From assembly GCA_010093705.1 (NCBI GenBank), contig MU006108.1:62001-126000 (forward strand): a stretch of DNA of 64,000 nucleotides, in the 5' to 3' direction. Each line of letters starts with the position of its first letter. Position 1 is the first letter of the stretch. The position numbers were made by a program, and so were the translations under genes. The notes beneath the pieces are model-generated. The model had not been told where the DNA came from, searched no databases, and saw only the letters and a list, made by a program, of their open reading frames with translations. Of this stretch, positions 39,901-51,668 are shown in pieces. This DNA is from Patellaria atrata CBS 101060 (Eukaryota).

Positions 39901-41953
39901 ACAAAGTCTTGCCCGTCCTGGACACCTTGACTTCTCCAGCTAGAGGATCAATATACTCCGGCGCAAGTCTTTGCCCGCTCTCAGCGCTTACCTGTGCCGG
40001 AGGAGGTGGCATCAGATCCATAGGTTGCACAAAAAGTCGTAGAACAGGTACTGCTGTGTAAGAGGACGCTGAATCTTGAGTGACTATCATCACGGTTCCT
40101 CGCCAGATTTCACGACCTTCGGAGGTGCTGGCAGCGGCTGCAGAACGCGCGACCGTCTCTTTTCGCATTCCGGTGTACCTCAATAGAGGGCCGCACTTCA
40201 TGTATAACGGGGGATTAAAGTTTGTCTGACCTGATGGATCCTCATAAGCTCCATCATAGATGAGACCCTCAGTAGGATTAGAACCTGTCAAATCCTGACG
40301 AGCGCTCCCACTACTACGACGTTGTTGACCGGAACGTTCCCACCAAGCCTTATTCTTATCATCAGTATGATTTTGATTAACGTTAGTCTCCGGGGCATCT
40401 AACGACATGTCATTCGCTAATAAAGTTGCAATTTGTGCTTGTTTCCACTCATCCAACGGTTTTGCATGCTGGTATCTTCTTTCTGGTTCATGTTTACGGT
40501 GAACGATACTGGCGAAACGCTTATGAAGACCATCGGTGGGTATGGATGTGTCATCCTCTAAGCTTGCATCACTAGAACTTAAGCTATCTCTTGCTTTGTA
40601 GGCACCCGCAAGTTGATATGGAACACCGTATCGATGTTCAGCACGATCGTGTGGCTTGTGGTCATTCTCGACGGAGCCCGATGTCTTGGTGATATCTCTA
40701 CCACCTACGAGCTTCCGGCTTGGATACTCCCATGGCGGTTCTTTCTGAAGTTTTCGACTGTTGCTCCGGCCAACCATCACTGGCTTTTGTTCGGTCTGGT
40801 TGTCCATACCATAAAGCCCTAGACCAGTGGGCGCAGTGTCTCGTAGTTCTTCCTGCGGGACTTCACCCCTGCGCTGATCTGACCGGTCTCCAGCGAGAGA
40901 CCTATCGCGGAAGCTGGCACCCCTAGAGACGTTCGATCTATCATACGGCCTTACTTCTTTTGATACATCTCGCGGAACTCCTTTGGGCCTCCCATCTTGC
41001 GTTTCTAATGGAAGAGCCCTAGAACTAGATTCCCGCGATTGTCTTACTCGTTGCGTGTTTGGCGCGGCCTGCGGATTGTAAGGAGTTCCGCCGAAGTCAA
41101 TCGTGCCCTTTTCCGGATACCTGGCATCTAATAATCCTTCTGTCGGCATAGAAACATTGCGTCGATTATTGTCTGTTCTCAGTGGCTGAGAGCTCAGAGG
41201 CTCACAAACTTTACGAGCTTGTGAAGACGCGGGGGCGGCATCACGGTTAGAGCGGCTGGCGCGACGATCTGCAGCTGCCTTTTCTTGCGCTTGAAATTCA
41301 GCTTCCTGAACTCGTGCGCGCTTTTCCTCTTTACTAATATCATCGAGTTTAACCTCAAGCTTTTGTAAAGGGGATCGATCTGGGACGGAATCGCGCCTGT
41401 CAACCGTGGCTCTTGTAGCAGACGTCCTTCTATGCTCCCTACGATCTTTTGGAGATGTAGGTGACATTGCATTTTCAAGATCATAGGCGGATGGCTGTGG
41501 TACGGTTATGGTAGGTTGACGCGCACTGTGGGAAGAATAGCTTTTCGAATTGCCGCGAGGGGGTGCGGATGCTTGGCCTGCTGCATTTGGCCCTCTATAT
41601 GAGGAGGGTGGTGGCGCACGGGGTGCATCTGGCGCAGCAGGGGGTGGGTGAGAGCTTAACGGCTCGTTTGATACTGGATAATTATATCTTTTATTCTCCC
41701 GTCTTCGATGAGAACTAGTCCTCTGAACATCGGCTGTGGGTTGACCCGTGGCGTACTGAGACTGAACAATTTTTTGCGGCGTGTAAGATGGAATGACTGG
41801 TGACTCTTCTTGGGCGTGCACCGCGGTAACCTGGTCAGGGGCCCGTCTATAGGAAGAACGCTGTGGCTTGTATGTATCGACACCTGTTCGCTGAGGTTGC
41901 GGTGGAATTACTTGAGATGGCGAATATACACCCCCACTCCTGCGGTCATCCAT
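36956..41953 (-). CDS. Large protein with PhoD-like metallophosphatase domain and disordered termini (1632 aa)
   Basis: Exons 41953-39188, 39139-38789, 38737-36956; FHSCNG, GGGDQIYND, WDDHDIIDG, LDCR, GGDVH motifs. Confidence 0.88.
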
Positions 41954-42993
41954 CCCGAGAGACAGTCTTGCGCACCCCGGGGCCTAAACTTTTTGTGGAG
42001 ACAGAGTAGTGGTTTGGGAGTAGAGATGATAGAGGTACCGAATGGAGACCAACTCCCTCACTAGATTTGACGTTGGATCTATGCAATGCTTCATATTAGT
42101 GACTTGAAAACATGACACTGGAGGTTTATTTACCAGATACTGCTGTTAGTAGCACGAAAGATGTGTGCTGGTCATAAAACAGTTTAACAAATGACGTGTG
42201 GACGTAGTACGAAACGAAACAGCAATATCAGAATGTCAGAGGCATCATAATGGAACAACTGAAAGCATCGCATAGAAAGACTGAAGCTATGTACAGGAAG
42301 AATAAGAAAAGGAAAAAAGAAACAGATGCGCAGCGGGGAGGAAAAGTCTGGTGGTGAACGATTCGGTGGCTGGCATCTTGTGCTGATCTCGGATCGGCTG
42401 GTAACTCTGGTGGTTGGGTGGCTTGAGCGTCGGCCCGTCTGTCGCTTCCCCGCAGGAACTCGGGGGGTTAGGGCGGGAGAGATTGCTTAGCGCGCTTGGC
42501 TAGTTGTTCAGCGGAGCGGAAGTCTTCAGGGGTATCAAGGGACCCGGAGTACTCCCGTACGTAGGGAGGCGACTTCTTTGCGCGTGAGAGGACACATGTG
42601 AGAATCCCCAACAGCAAGCATTACAAGATCTTTGTCCACTGGTCTATAGCACAAGTATATCCGCTTACCTCCTTGTCGCTAATTATCTTTTCCTCGTATT
42701 CCTGGCTTAGGACCCGTCCGTATACCGCTTAATCCACTTTCCATACTTCTCTAAACATCCGTAATTTCGAGCTTCAACCTATCTCCTCGAACCGGGTAGA
42801 CGTTTACAATATCATAGACCGGCGACTTACCTTTCAACTCTGATATTGGTCTCCAGAAAGTGGTCTACTCCTTCAGTTTCCACGCTGGAACAAACGGGTC
42901 GCTCTTGTCACACCCAGGGGCTTCTCTGAGCGGAACATTGACGGTAAACTTTTGGACCCTGTTACTTTTTTTTTTCGAAACGGGTGTATAGTT

Positions 42994-45492
42994 ATGCGCA
43001 AAAACATAATATGGATATTAGCTATAGCGACCTCTTGCGTCCTTGGGGGTCGTCTCCGCCCTCGGAATTATGACACCCATGACTTCTACGCCCTCCACCT
43101 CGATCCCACCACGTCCCCTTCGGAACTCGCGACTTTCTTAGGGTTAGAGCACGATGGCCAGTTGGGGGAACTTGTTGATCATCATATATTTAGAGCACCT
43201 AAGGATGGAAGGGATGTTATAACAGATGCAGTCGAAGAATTGAAAAGACGACGACGGAAACGGAACGCTCTCGAACCTAGCATATTGGATGGGATATTAT
43301 TCAATCAAAAGCAGAAACTGAAACCTCGAATGGTAAAGAGAGATATATTATACCCCGAGCTGTCAGATATAGCATCGGACCACGTACTATTCCCACGTCA
43401 GGACGCCCCACCCGTCGACTCAGCTGTAGTTGAGCAGAATCAAATCCGGGATGCACTTGAGATAAGAGATCCTGTATTTCAGAATCAATGGCATCTTTTT
43501 AACACACGACAACCTGGAAATGATCTCAATGTGACAGGAGTCTGGATGCAGGGGATCACAGGCAAGAATGCGACCGTGTGCATCATTGATGATGGCTTGG
43601 ATATGGATAGCGACGATTTATCGCCTAACTATTTTGCGATCGGCTCGTATGACTTTAACGATCATGTGGAGGAACCCAAACCTCGTCTTTCTGACGACAG
43701 ACACGGGACCAGGTGCGCCGGTGAAGTTTCAGCTGCGAGGAACGATGTATGTGGTGTCGGCGTTGCCTATGATTCTAAGATTGCAGGCGTTCGTATACTA
43801 TCCGCTCCAATTACAGATGCTGATGAAGCCATTGCTGTGAACTACGAGTTCCACCGTAATGACATTTACTCATGTTCGTGGGGCCCTCCGGATGATGGGC
43901 GCACTATGGATGCTCCTGGTATTCTGATCCGAAGAGCGTTTGTGAATGCCATTCAAAAGGGACGGAACAACAAGGGCTCTATCTATGTGTTTGCGGCCGG
44001 CAATGGTGCTTCCTCTGACGACAACTGTAACTTCGATGGCTACACGAACAGCATCTACAGCGTAACCGTTGGCTCCGTCAGCTCTGAGAATCATCATCCT
44101 TACTACTCGGAGAAATGCTCAGCACAGTTGATTGTTACCTATAGCAGTTCACGGGTCAATTCAATTACGACCACAGATGTTGGCAAAAACGAATGCACAT
44201 CCTCGCATGGAGGAACTTCAGCCGCTGGGCCGTTAGCCGCTGGAGTCTATGCACTGGTGCTTCAAATACGTCCGGACCTGAGTTGGAGGGATATCCAATG
44301 GCTCACAGTCATGACTGGTGTCAAGTTCACGGATGATAGCGATTGGCAGCAGACTGGCGCCGGTCGATTCTATAGTCATCAGTACGGTTATGGCAAAATG
44401 GATGCTTGGGCTATGGTTGAAGCTGCGAAAACATGGAAATCAGTTAAACCACAAGCTTGGTACCATTCGCCCTGGATTCATGTGAAGCACGAGATTCCTC
44501 AAGGCGATCAAGGCTTAGCGAGTATCTTTACAGTCACCGAGGACATGTTAAGGGAAGCTAACTTTGAGCGGCTTGAACACGTCACTCTCACGATGAACGT
44601 CGAGCATACCAGACGCGGTGATCTAAGTGTGGAACTACGTAGCCCTACCGGTGTTATTAGTCATATCGCCACAGCTCGGAAGATGGACGACAAAGCTGCT
44701 GGGTACGTCGATTGGACATTCATGTCCGTTGCTCACTTTGGCGAAAGTGCTGTCGGAAACTGGACGGTTATCGTCAAGGATACCAAGGTCAACGAACATA
44801 CTGGCACTTTCACCGACTGGAAGTTGAGGCTTTGGGGTGAATGTATTGACGGCGCAAACCAGCCGTTGTTTCCACTGCCCAATGAAACCGACGACGATGA
44901 TCATGATGCGACAGTCACAGCCCCAGTTGCAACCACCAGTGTACATGTCCCTTCCGAAACTGAGCATGTCGCTCAACCGACGGATCATCCGAGTCGGCCA
45001 GTTAACTCCAAACCGCCTGCTTCCACTACTACCCCCTTCGAGCCTCCAATAACCACCTCACCATCTCCTAGTGCTATTCCAGACGAGTCATTCCTACCCT
45101 CACCGTTCCCTACTTTCGGTGTGTCCAAGCGAACTCAAATCTGGATATATGGTGCTCTAGCTCTGATCATCGTGTTTTGTGCTAGCTTAGCACTATACTT
45201 CTGGCTCGCACGCCGAAAGCGCCTACGAAACAACCCTCGTGGGGATTATGAGTTCGAGATGATTGACGATCAAGACGATGACGGTGCAACCAGGCAGGGA
45301 CTAACAGGTTCGGGTGGTGCTCGAAGAGGCAAGAATCGGCGGGCTGGTGAACTATACGACGCCTTTGCCGGCGAAAGCGATGAGGAATTACTCAGCGAAA
45401 GTGAAAGCGAGAACGAAACATACAGGGACGATGCCCCTGAAAATTTTAGAGAAAAGCATGACCCTCATGTGGTTGGGAGTGACGATGAATAA
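42994..45492 (+). CDS. KEX2: Kexin, Golgi subtilisin-like proprotein convertase (832 aa, intronless)
   Basis: Signal peptide, propeptide ending KR, catalytic motifs DDGLD / HGTRCAGE / AAGNG / HGGTSAA, P domain, S/T/P linker, TM segment, cytosolic tail with YEFEMI and an acidic cluster. Confidence 0.96.
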   Translation: MRKNIIWILAIATSCVLGGRLRPRNYDTHDFYALHLDPTTSPSELATFLGLEHDGQLGELVDHHIFRAPKDGRDVITDAVEELKRRRRKRNALEPSILDGILFNQKQKLKPRMVKRDILYPELSDIASDHVLFPRQDAPPVDSAVVEQNQIRDALEIRDPVFQNQWHLFNTRQPGNDLNVTGVWMQGITGKNATVCIIDDGLDMDSDDLSPNYFAIGSYDFNDHVEEPKPRLSDDRHGTRCAGEVSAARNDVCGVGVAYDSKIAGVRILSAPITDADEAIAVNYEFHRNDIYSCSWGPPDDGRTMDAPGILIRRAFVNAIQKGRNNKGSIYVFAAGNGASSDDNCNFDGYTNSIYSVTVGSVSSENHHPYYSEKCSAQLIVTYSSSRVNSITTTDVGKNECTSSHGGTSAAGPLAAGVYALVLQIRPDLSWRDIQWLTVMTGVKFTDDSDWQQTGAGRFYSHQYGYGKMDAWAMVEAAKTWKSVKPQAWYHSPWIHVKHEIPQGDQGLASIFTVTEDMLREANFERLEHVTLTMNVEHTRRGDLSVELRSPTGVISHIATARKMDDKAAGYVDWTFMSVAHFGESAVGNWTVIVKDTKVNEHTGTFTDWKLRLWGECIDGANQPLFPLPNETDDDDHDATVTAPVATTSVHVPSETEHVAQPTDHPSRPVNSKPPASTTTPFEPPITTSPSPSAIPDESFLPSPFPTFGVSKRTQIWIYGALALIIVFCASLALYFWLARRKRLRNNPRGDYEFEMIDDQDDDGATRQGLTGSGGARRGKNRRAGELYDAFAGESDEELLSESESENETYRDDAPENFREKHDPHVVGSDDE

Positions 45493-48400
45493 GCGAAATT
45501 CGGGTCAGTCCTAAGATAAGAATAGCATTTTGTAAATTCAATTAATTAGTTATGACTTTGTATAGAATCTGCCACTGCGGATTAACTTCCGTCTCAGATA
45601 TTCAATATTTACAGGGAGCAGTAACCCACGTTTTCAGTCAAGTAATTGATGCTAGGCAAGTCTAGACAGTCTATCCGCCTGCGTAGCGTACCGACACGCT
45701 ATGAATAGCTTATCGATTCACAGAAAGCTTACAGCGGATGGGATAACCATAATGGAATATTTCTCATTTACTAAGGATTAAGAGTTGGAGCTTGAAAGTA
45801 CGTTATCATCACTATCTCAGAATCAAACAAGTCATCGGTCAAGAGGCTCAATTACTTAGGTATATCAAAGGAATATTATTATTAAGAATGAGGACAATAA
45901 GGATATTCATAGGAGTACGGTGTAGAATTCATAATCGCCACCGTTGTCGTTCGCCCCATATGTAAAGGTCTCCTCGTCAAGCCTCATCCTACTCAGCGAT
46001 ACTATTCATAACAACGATTCACTCATTGGAGTCGAGTCATTTCAGTTAGCACTTTAGGAACGAGAGTAAGAATATAAATTTCCTTATCAAATTCGTGTCT
46101 ATGCGCTTATTACTTTCCCGCATCTGTTCTTTCAGTATCAGTATTTCTCCTGTCATTGTCTCAAATCAGAGAGCGCAGAATCAAGTCTTCACGTGGAGAT
46201 CCTGTACAAAGAGTTTGGTGGGCGATGTAACGTTATGAAAAGATGGTTTGACAGATCTTCTAAAATCCAAACGAGATTAAGATCGCAGTTCCGAAGCCAT
46301 TTCTATGTTATGCCTTCTACGTCCGGGTCAACTATCGTCTATTTGAATGCCGATGGAGGATGTCCTTGCATTTGCTGTCTTTCACCAAATACCCCACTTA
46401 TATGCTCTACAAGGACGCCAGGATCTTACTTGCTTGGAGATCACCAGTAATGTAGATATCTGTTTTACGGTGCGTTGAATAACTTGAATCTGTAAGTGTA
46501 TTCTCTTTGGACCCATCTTTGATCAAACCAGGCCTAATTACTATACTAGAACATGCAGGACAGGATAGCTCTTCGGTATTATATCGGGTTGTTTCCATGT
46601 GTAGGGGATAATGCTGTAAGCACCCATTATGGGGATCAGGATACTGTACATCTGTACATCAAGCAGGTCCACTCGCATCTACAAACGATAAGCGACACTC
46701 GCTTCGCAGATATGCCCCCGGGAATAAGGGTATGGCATAGCATCCCATTACTAACCAAGGTTTCCAGTAGTAGTGAGGGGTTGGATCATTCTCTAGTACT
46801 CAAGTTGTTAACGAACGCCTAGGATTAGCCCGAGCAGATCCGATTTCTCGGTATGAAGAGAAGAGGAGCGTACTGGCTTTCTTCTCGCAGGTCCTCCTTC
46901 ACCCACAGGGAATTACTATCCATCTCCTCTGGTGTTGGCGGGTTATATTGGCATGAGCTGATTCTCGTAGACATACTTATAGAATCAGTTGACTATTGGC
47001 CTGGCTGGATTACGTTTGCTACGCTTGATCTATCATTCACGAGTCTACCAATAATGATGGGTACGTTAGAGATAATGGTAGTGAACTCGTATGCTCGGCT
47101 AACTTTGTAAAGGGAAAGCTAGGATCCAATCTATCGAATGTTGTCTTTTGCCTTTCGTGTCATCTTGCTATATTTGGATGCCAACTTCAAGACTCATGAA
47201 GGGGATTTCAAGTAAAACGGCAATTATTCGAGAAAACGTAAGTTTCGAAGCAGTCAGATAAAGCTCTATTGATTTTACGTACTCGAAGAAGTTCGAACAC
47301 GGCCCAAACACATGTACTCCACGTGGAAGAATCCCTGTTACCGCAAGGTTGGAAAAGCTTGCTAAGTAAAGTGGTAGCTTATTTCAAAGGAGACGTCGAG
47401 GCTTTTAAGGTAGTTCTAGTTAGCAATTATCTAGTTCTTCCCTAGCCATGAGTAAGTGACGTTGGATGGGTCTAGTAGAGCTGAAAATACTATAGAGTCG
47501 TGAGAGAGGGTCAATGGTCCTTGGGCCAAGAATGCCCAGCCTGTGATTTTTCCCTTGGCATTTTGTCTGATAAGAATGATAAGACGATACCTTACCGTGC
47601 TCACCTACCGCGGGGCCATCTACTGGATGAAAACAACATGAGAGCACAAGTCTGGCGGAATATCAATTCCTACTTTGTCGCTGTACAGATAGATAAATAT
47701 CAGACCCCCGTTCCATCCCACTCCTCCAAGGCTCCTAAACTGCTAGGTTCATATCACTCCACTACTGTACTCAGATGATTAGAGTCATTCATCCGAATCC
47801 ACCAGGTATCGCTTCAGTTCATCTCTCAATTCGCAACCAGGTCATCCTGTACCTGACGTGTGGCTGCAGTTGTACATGACAATGTCACTTCTAGTCCCTC
47901 CTCGCGTCCTGTCGCTCAGAGGCCCGAGTTTTGGCCTTGATGTTCAGGAACAACACGAGGAAGAAACTGCTAACTCAGAACCAAACTCGGGTTTCTCATA
48001 GATATCCGGGACCATGATACCGGATAAGGTCTAGAAGCTCACAATCAAGGGTAATACAACTCACGAATATTCCCTGGCCATAGAGAGTAGAGACCCCCCA
48101 GTTCTAGTTACACTCGCATCAAATTGTTTCCTACCTCTGTGTTTCTTACTTTCAGGATAATCTGGCAACGCAATTTTCAGAGCAAGTCATGTATATCGTA
48201 AACTTCGAATCAGGCATTCCGAATTCTTCTGCGAATCCTTCAGCTTCGACAAGAACACGGTACATGGGCATATCACTCTGAATGCAGAGCCGTAACCCGA
48301 TGGAAGGTCGGGAACCTTAACCTAGAAAGTACCTTAGCTTACACCTTGAGCTTCCCAACCTTGATTATAGAAAAAATTGGCAATCCTCTTGTATCCTGAC

Positions 48401-48682
48401 TCTGTAACAATTTGCATTATCCATTGTATTTGCTTGACTACACTGATCACTTTCTATGATGTAAGTTTTCTGCTCCTTATCTTTTCCTACTCTATCCAGG
48501 TTCCCCGGTATGCCGAGGTGCGAGTCAGAAAGCTCAATGCTTGCCTGGAAGCTGTTTCTGAGCTCTGCTGTCTTCCACAAGCTCCAATCGAAATCTGAAG
48601 CTCATTTCTGATTTAAGAGCTCATGTCCTCTCATTGAAACTGAAGCTTCGACCCTCGTCAAAAAGACATCTTTCTCGTCAAT

Positions 48683-51222
48683 ATGCCTCGCTCATTATGC
48701 TTCCTTTTGGCTTTCAGCACTGCCGTTTCTGCCGCTTCCATCAGTGGTCGTGGCTCTGCTCTTCCTCCACTAGGCTATGAACGACGTCTCTTGCGTGATG
48801 CCCTCAACAAGAGAAGTTCGAATGATTCAGAAGGGTCTTGTATCACTTCTGAAGCTCCTACTGTGTCCGCTCCCAAGACGAATGTCTGGGCTCCGATCTC
48901 AGCCGAAGATAATCTAGCAGTCTGGAATTTGCTCCACGATCCTGCTTCTGGACTCAACTTGACCCACCCGGACGAAGCAACATTGACGGACAACTATGTC
49001 TTCTGGATCGATACACTGGTGAGTTGCGGGAAGTCGGACTGGAGACCAGTAGCTAATATCAGGTTCTAGCATACAAACAAGAGTTCAGTGATTCCATATC
49101 TAGACGGTGATGGTCCCGTTCCGCCAAAGTATGCGCGGACAATCATCTTCCGTGGTGGTCAGGAAGAACCAGATTCGCAAGAATTCATGGTTGGACCCCT
49201 TCCGGTATCTGCTGAAACCACTATCGAACCGCTTGACTATATCTATAACGGAGGTAGCGGTGGATCTGTTCCTTTCAATGCCCGCTATTTCGATGGAGTT
49301 AAAACTTCTGCTACAGACCCGCTCGTTATCTCGACTATGACCAATATCGCTGATATCACAGCTGCTTTGTTCCAAGGTGGGGTCTATTATGGATCGAGTA
49401 ACGAGAGCACGACTCTCACAGCGACATCGGGTACTCCTCAGAGCTTCGATGGGACTCAAGCTTTCAGAAACATTATGTTCAGGTTTCCTGGACCTGGTGA
49501 GTCTGACAAAAGCGGTTATATGGGATGAACCGTTTACTGATAAGTACTAGCGACATATATGACTCCCTTGGATTTTTTTTTACTTATTGACTGCACCGGT
49601 ACTGATCCCTCCAAATATTTTGTTAAGGGTTTCGTTACGAATGAGAGGTTCTTTGCCACTGAAGCTGAGCTACGTGCCGCATTTGAAGCCGGTGAAATTG
49701 CACAGGAATACGATCAAACACTTGATGCATCTTGGGCTCTTGTTGACTATAAACCCGAAATGGGCGTCCGTGAGCTTGAAGAGAGATTCGCACCTAATAG
49801 CATTGAGCTTGGCGGAAAGCGCTACAAGCTGGACAAGGAGCAGCAGTACATCGAATACATGGGCTGGAGCTTTTACATGTCCTTCACTCGGACGCTAGGA
49901 ATTATGTTTTACGACATCAAGTTTAAGGGTGAGCGTATCTTGTACGAGCTGTCTCTTCAAGAAGCTACGGCTCAGTACGGAGGCAACCAACCAAAGGCTG
50001 CTAACACCGTCTACCATGATACATACTACAGTCTCGGGGCTGAGATGGGTACACTCGTCGAGGGATTCGACTGCCCCTTTGGTTCAACGATGTGGAACAT
50101 TAGCTACCACGAGGGTAACCAAACAATTGTTAATCAAGACGCGCTTTGCATTTTCGAAACAGACATGAACTTCCCCATTTCCAGACATAGGGCTGGTGGT
50201 GGATCCAGCGATTACGGCTTCCGAAACTTAGGTACCGTCAAAGGTGCCATGCTTACCACTCGTGCTATCGCTACCGTCGGTAACTACGATTACATGTTCG
50301 ATTACTCGTTCCATCTTGATGGGTCACTGGAGCTTTCCGTTCGTGCTAGTGGCTATCTTCAATCTAGCTTCTATTATCCTGATCAGGGTAAATGGGGTCC
50401 TCGTATCCAACAGGCAACGCAAGGCTCCCTTCACGACCATATTTTAACGTTCAAGGGAGACTTTGACATTGTGGCTAGCTCGAATAGTTTGGAGGTAAGC
50501 AAACTCGTTTCCGTCAACCAAACTCAACCTTGGTTCCCCGAGCTCGGTGAATTTGAGCAGATGGAGATGGACGTGAGCTGTATGGAGAAAGAGCAGCAGT
50601 TCAATTGGGCACCTAACAACCAAGCTATGTATTGCATAGTCAACAAGAACGAGAAGAATGCCTGGGGAGAGAAGAGAGGTTACCGCATTGTTCCAGGTCG
50701 CAGCGACATACATCTTAGTGTGCTCAATTCACCTTGGTCGATGAAGAACACGGAATTTGCTAAAAGTCATCTCGCTGTTACGAGACAGCATGATAACGAG
50801 CCATTCGCGAATTCTGTACAGAACATCAACCTCCCACTGAAGCCGCAACAAGATTTCATGAAATTCTTCGATGATGAGTCAGTGGATGATGAGGATATTG
50901 TTCTCTGGTTCAATTTGGGGATGCATCATTTCACTCGCTCTGAAGGTTTGTCTCACAATAACTTGCCTGGTCAGTTGTAAGCATACACTAACTTTCGCTA
51001 GATGTCCCTGTTACTCTCTTCACTGAAGCGTTTTCCAGTATTGTTTTTGCTCCTCAGAATTTCTTTGATCGTGCTCAAGATGGCGATCTTTTGAACCGTA
51101 GGTGGATCGTACCGAACGAAGAGGGCGGCCTAGACTATGAAGATTACGGCGTCGAACTCGCCACTTGTGCTGTATCTCCAAGTGAGCCTGTGCTCAGTAT
51201 TGATAAGGTATTGGAATTGTAG
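48683..51222 (+). CDS. Secreted copper amine oxidase (TPQ-dependent, 792 aa)
   Basis: Exons 48683-49018, 49070-49496, 49551-50945, 51002-51222; signal peptide, TVGNYDY topaquinone motif, LHDH and GMHH copper ligands. Confidence 0.94.
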
Positions 51223-51668
51223 ATCTACTACAAAATGACCTGTCGCGCAAGTTGAATGGAGAAGGGGGAATATTCAATGGGTGAGAAGTGAGGGAGGCAC
51301 CCGATTTTAATGCACGTTACGACTGATATTCATGATCTGACGCACATAATAGTACATAGACTGATGGGTACTGGGATGATAGATAGACTTAATTCAGAGT
51401 TTGAACACAATGGTTTCCACACATAGATAGTCACACAAGAGAAAGTCTGCTTAGCCTCATGTACGGTTGTCACGGTAAGGCTGATCTTTGTGTACTAGCA
51501 GTAATATCTGTCTGTTCCGGTTTCATCTCGACAATCTGATCTTTTGAGTTCCGTCCGTACTTGTAACCTACATATGCATCAACGCACAGCAACGTCAACC
51601 CCTCGACGCTCGGAACCAGGACCAACAGGTCACGCAACATGCCCCCCAATCCCTCAACTTTCGTCCCT

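Noticed and set aside
45500..48680. Possible decayed gene or transposon between KEX2 and the amine oxidase
   Set aside because: Only short ORFs; no transposase or RT motifs and no terminal repeats seen
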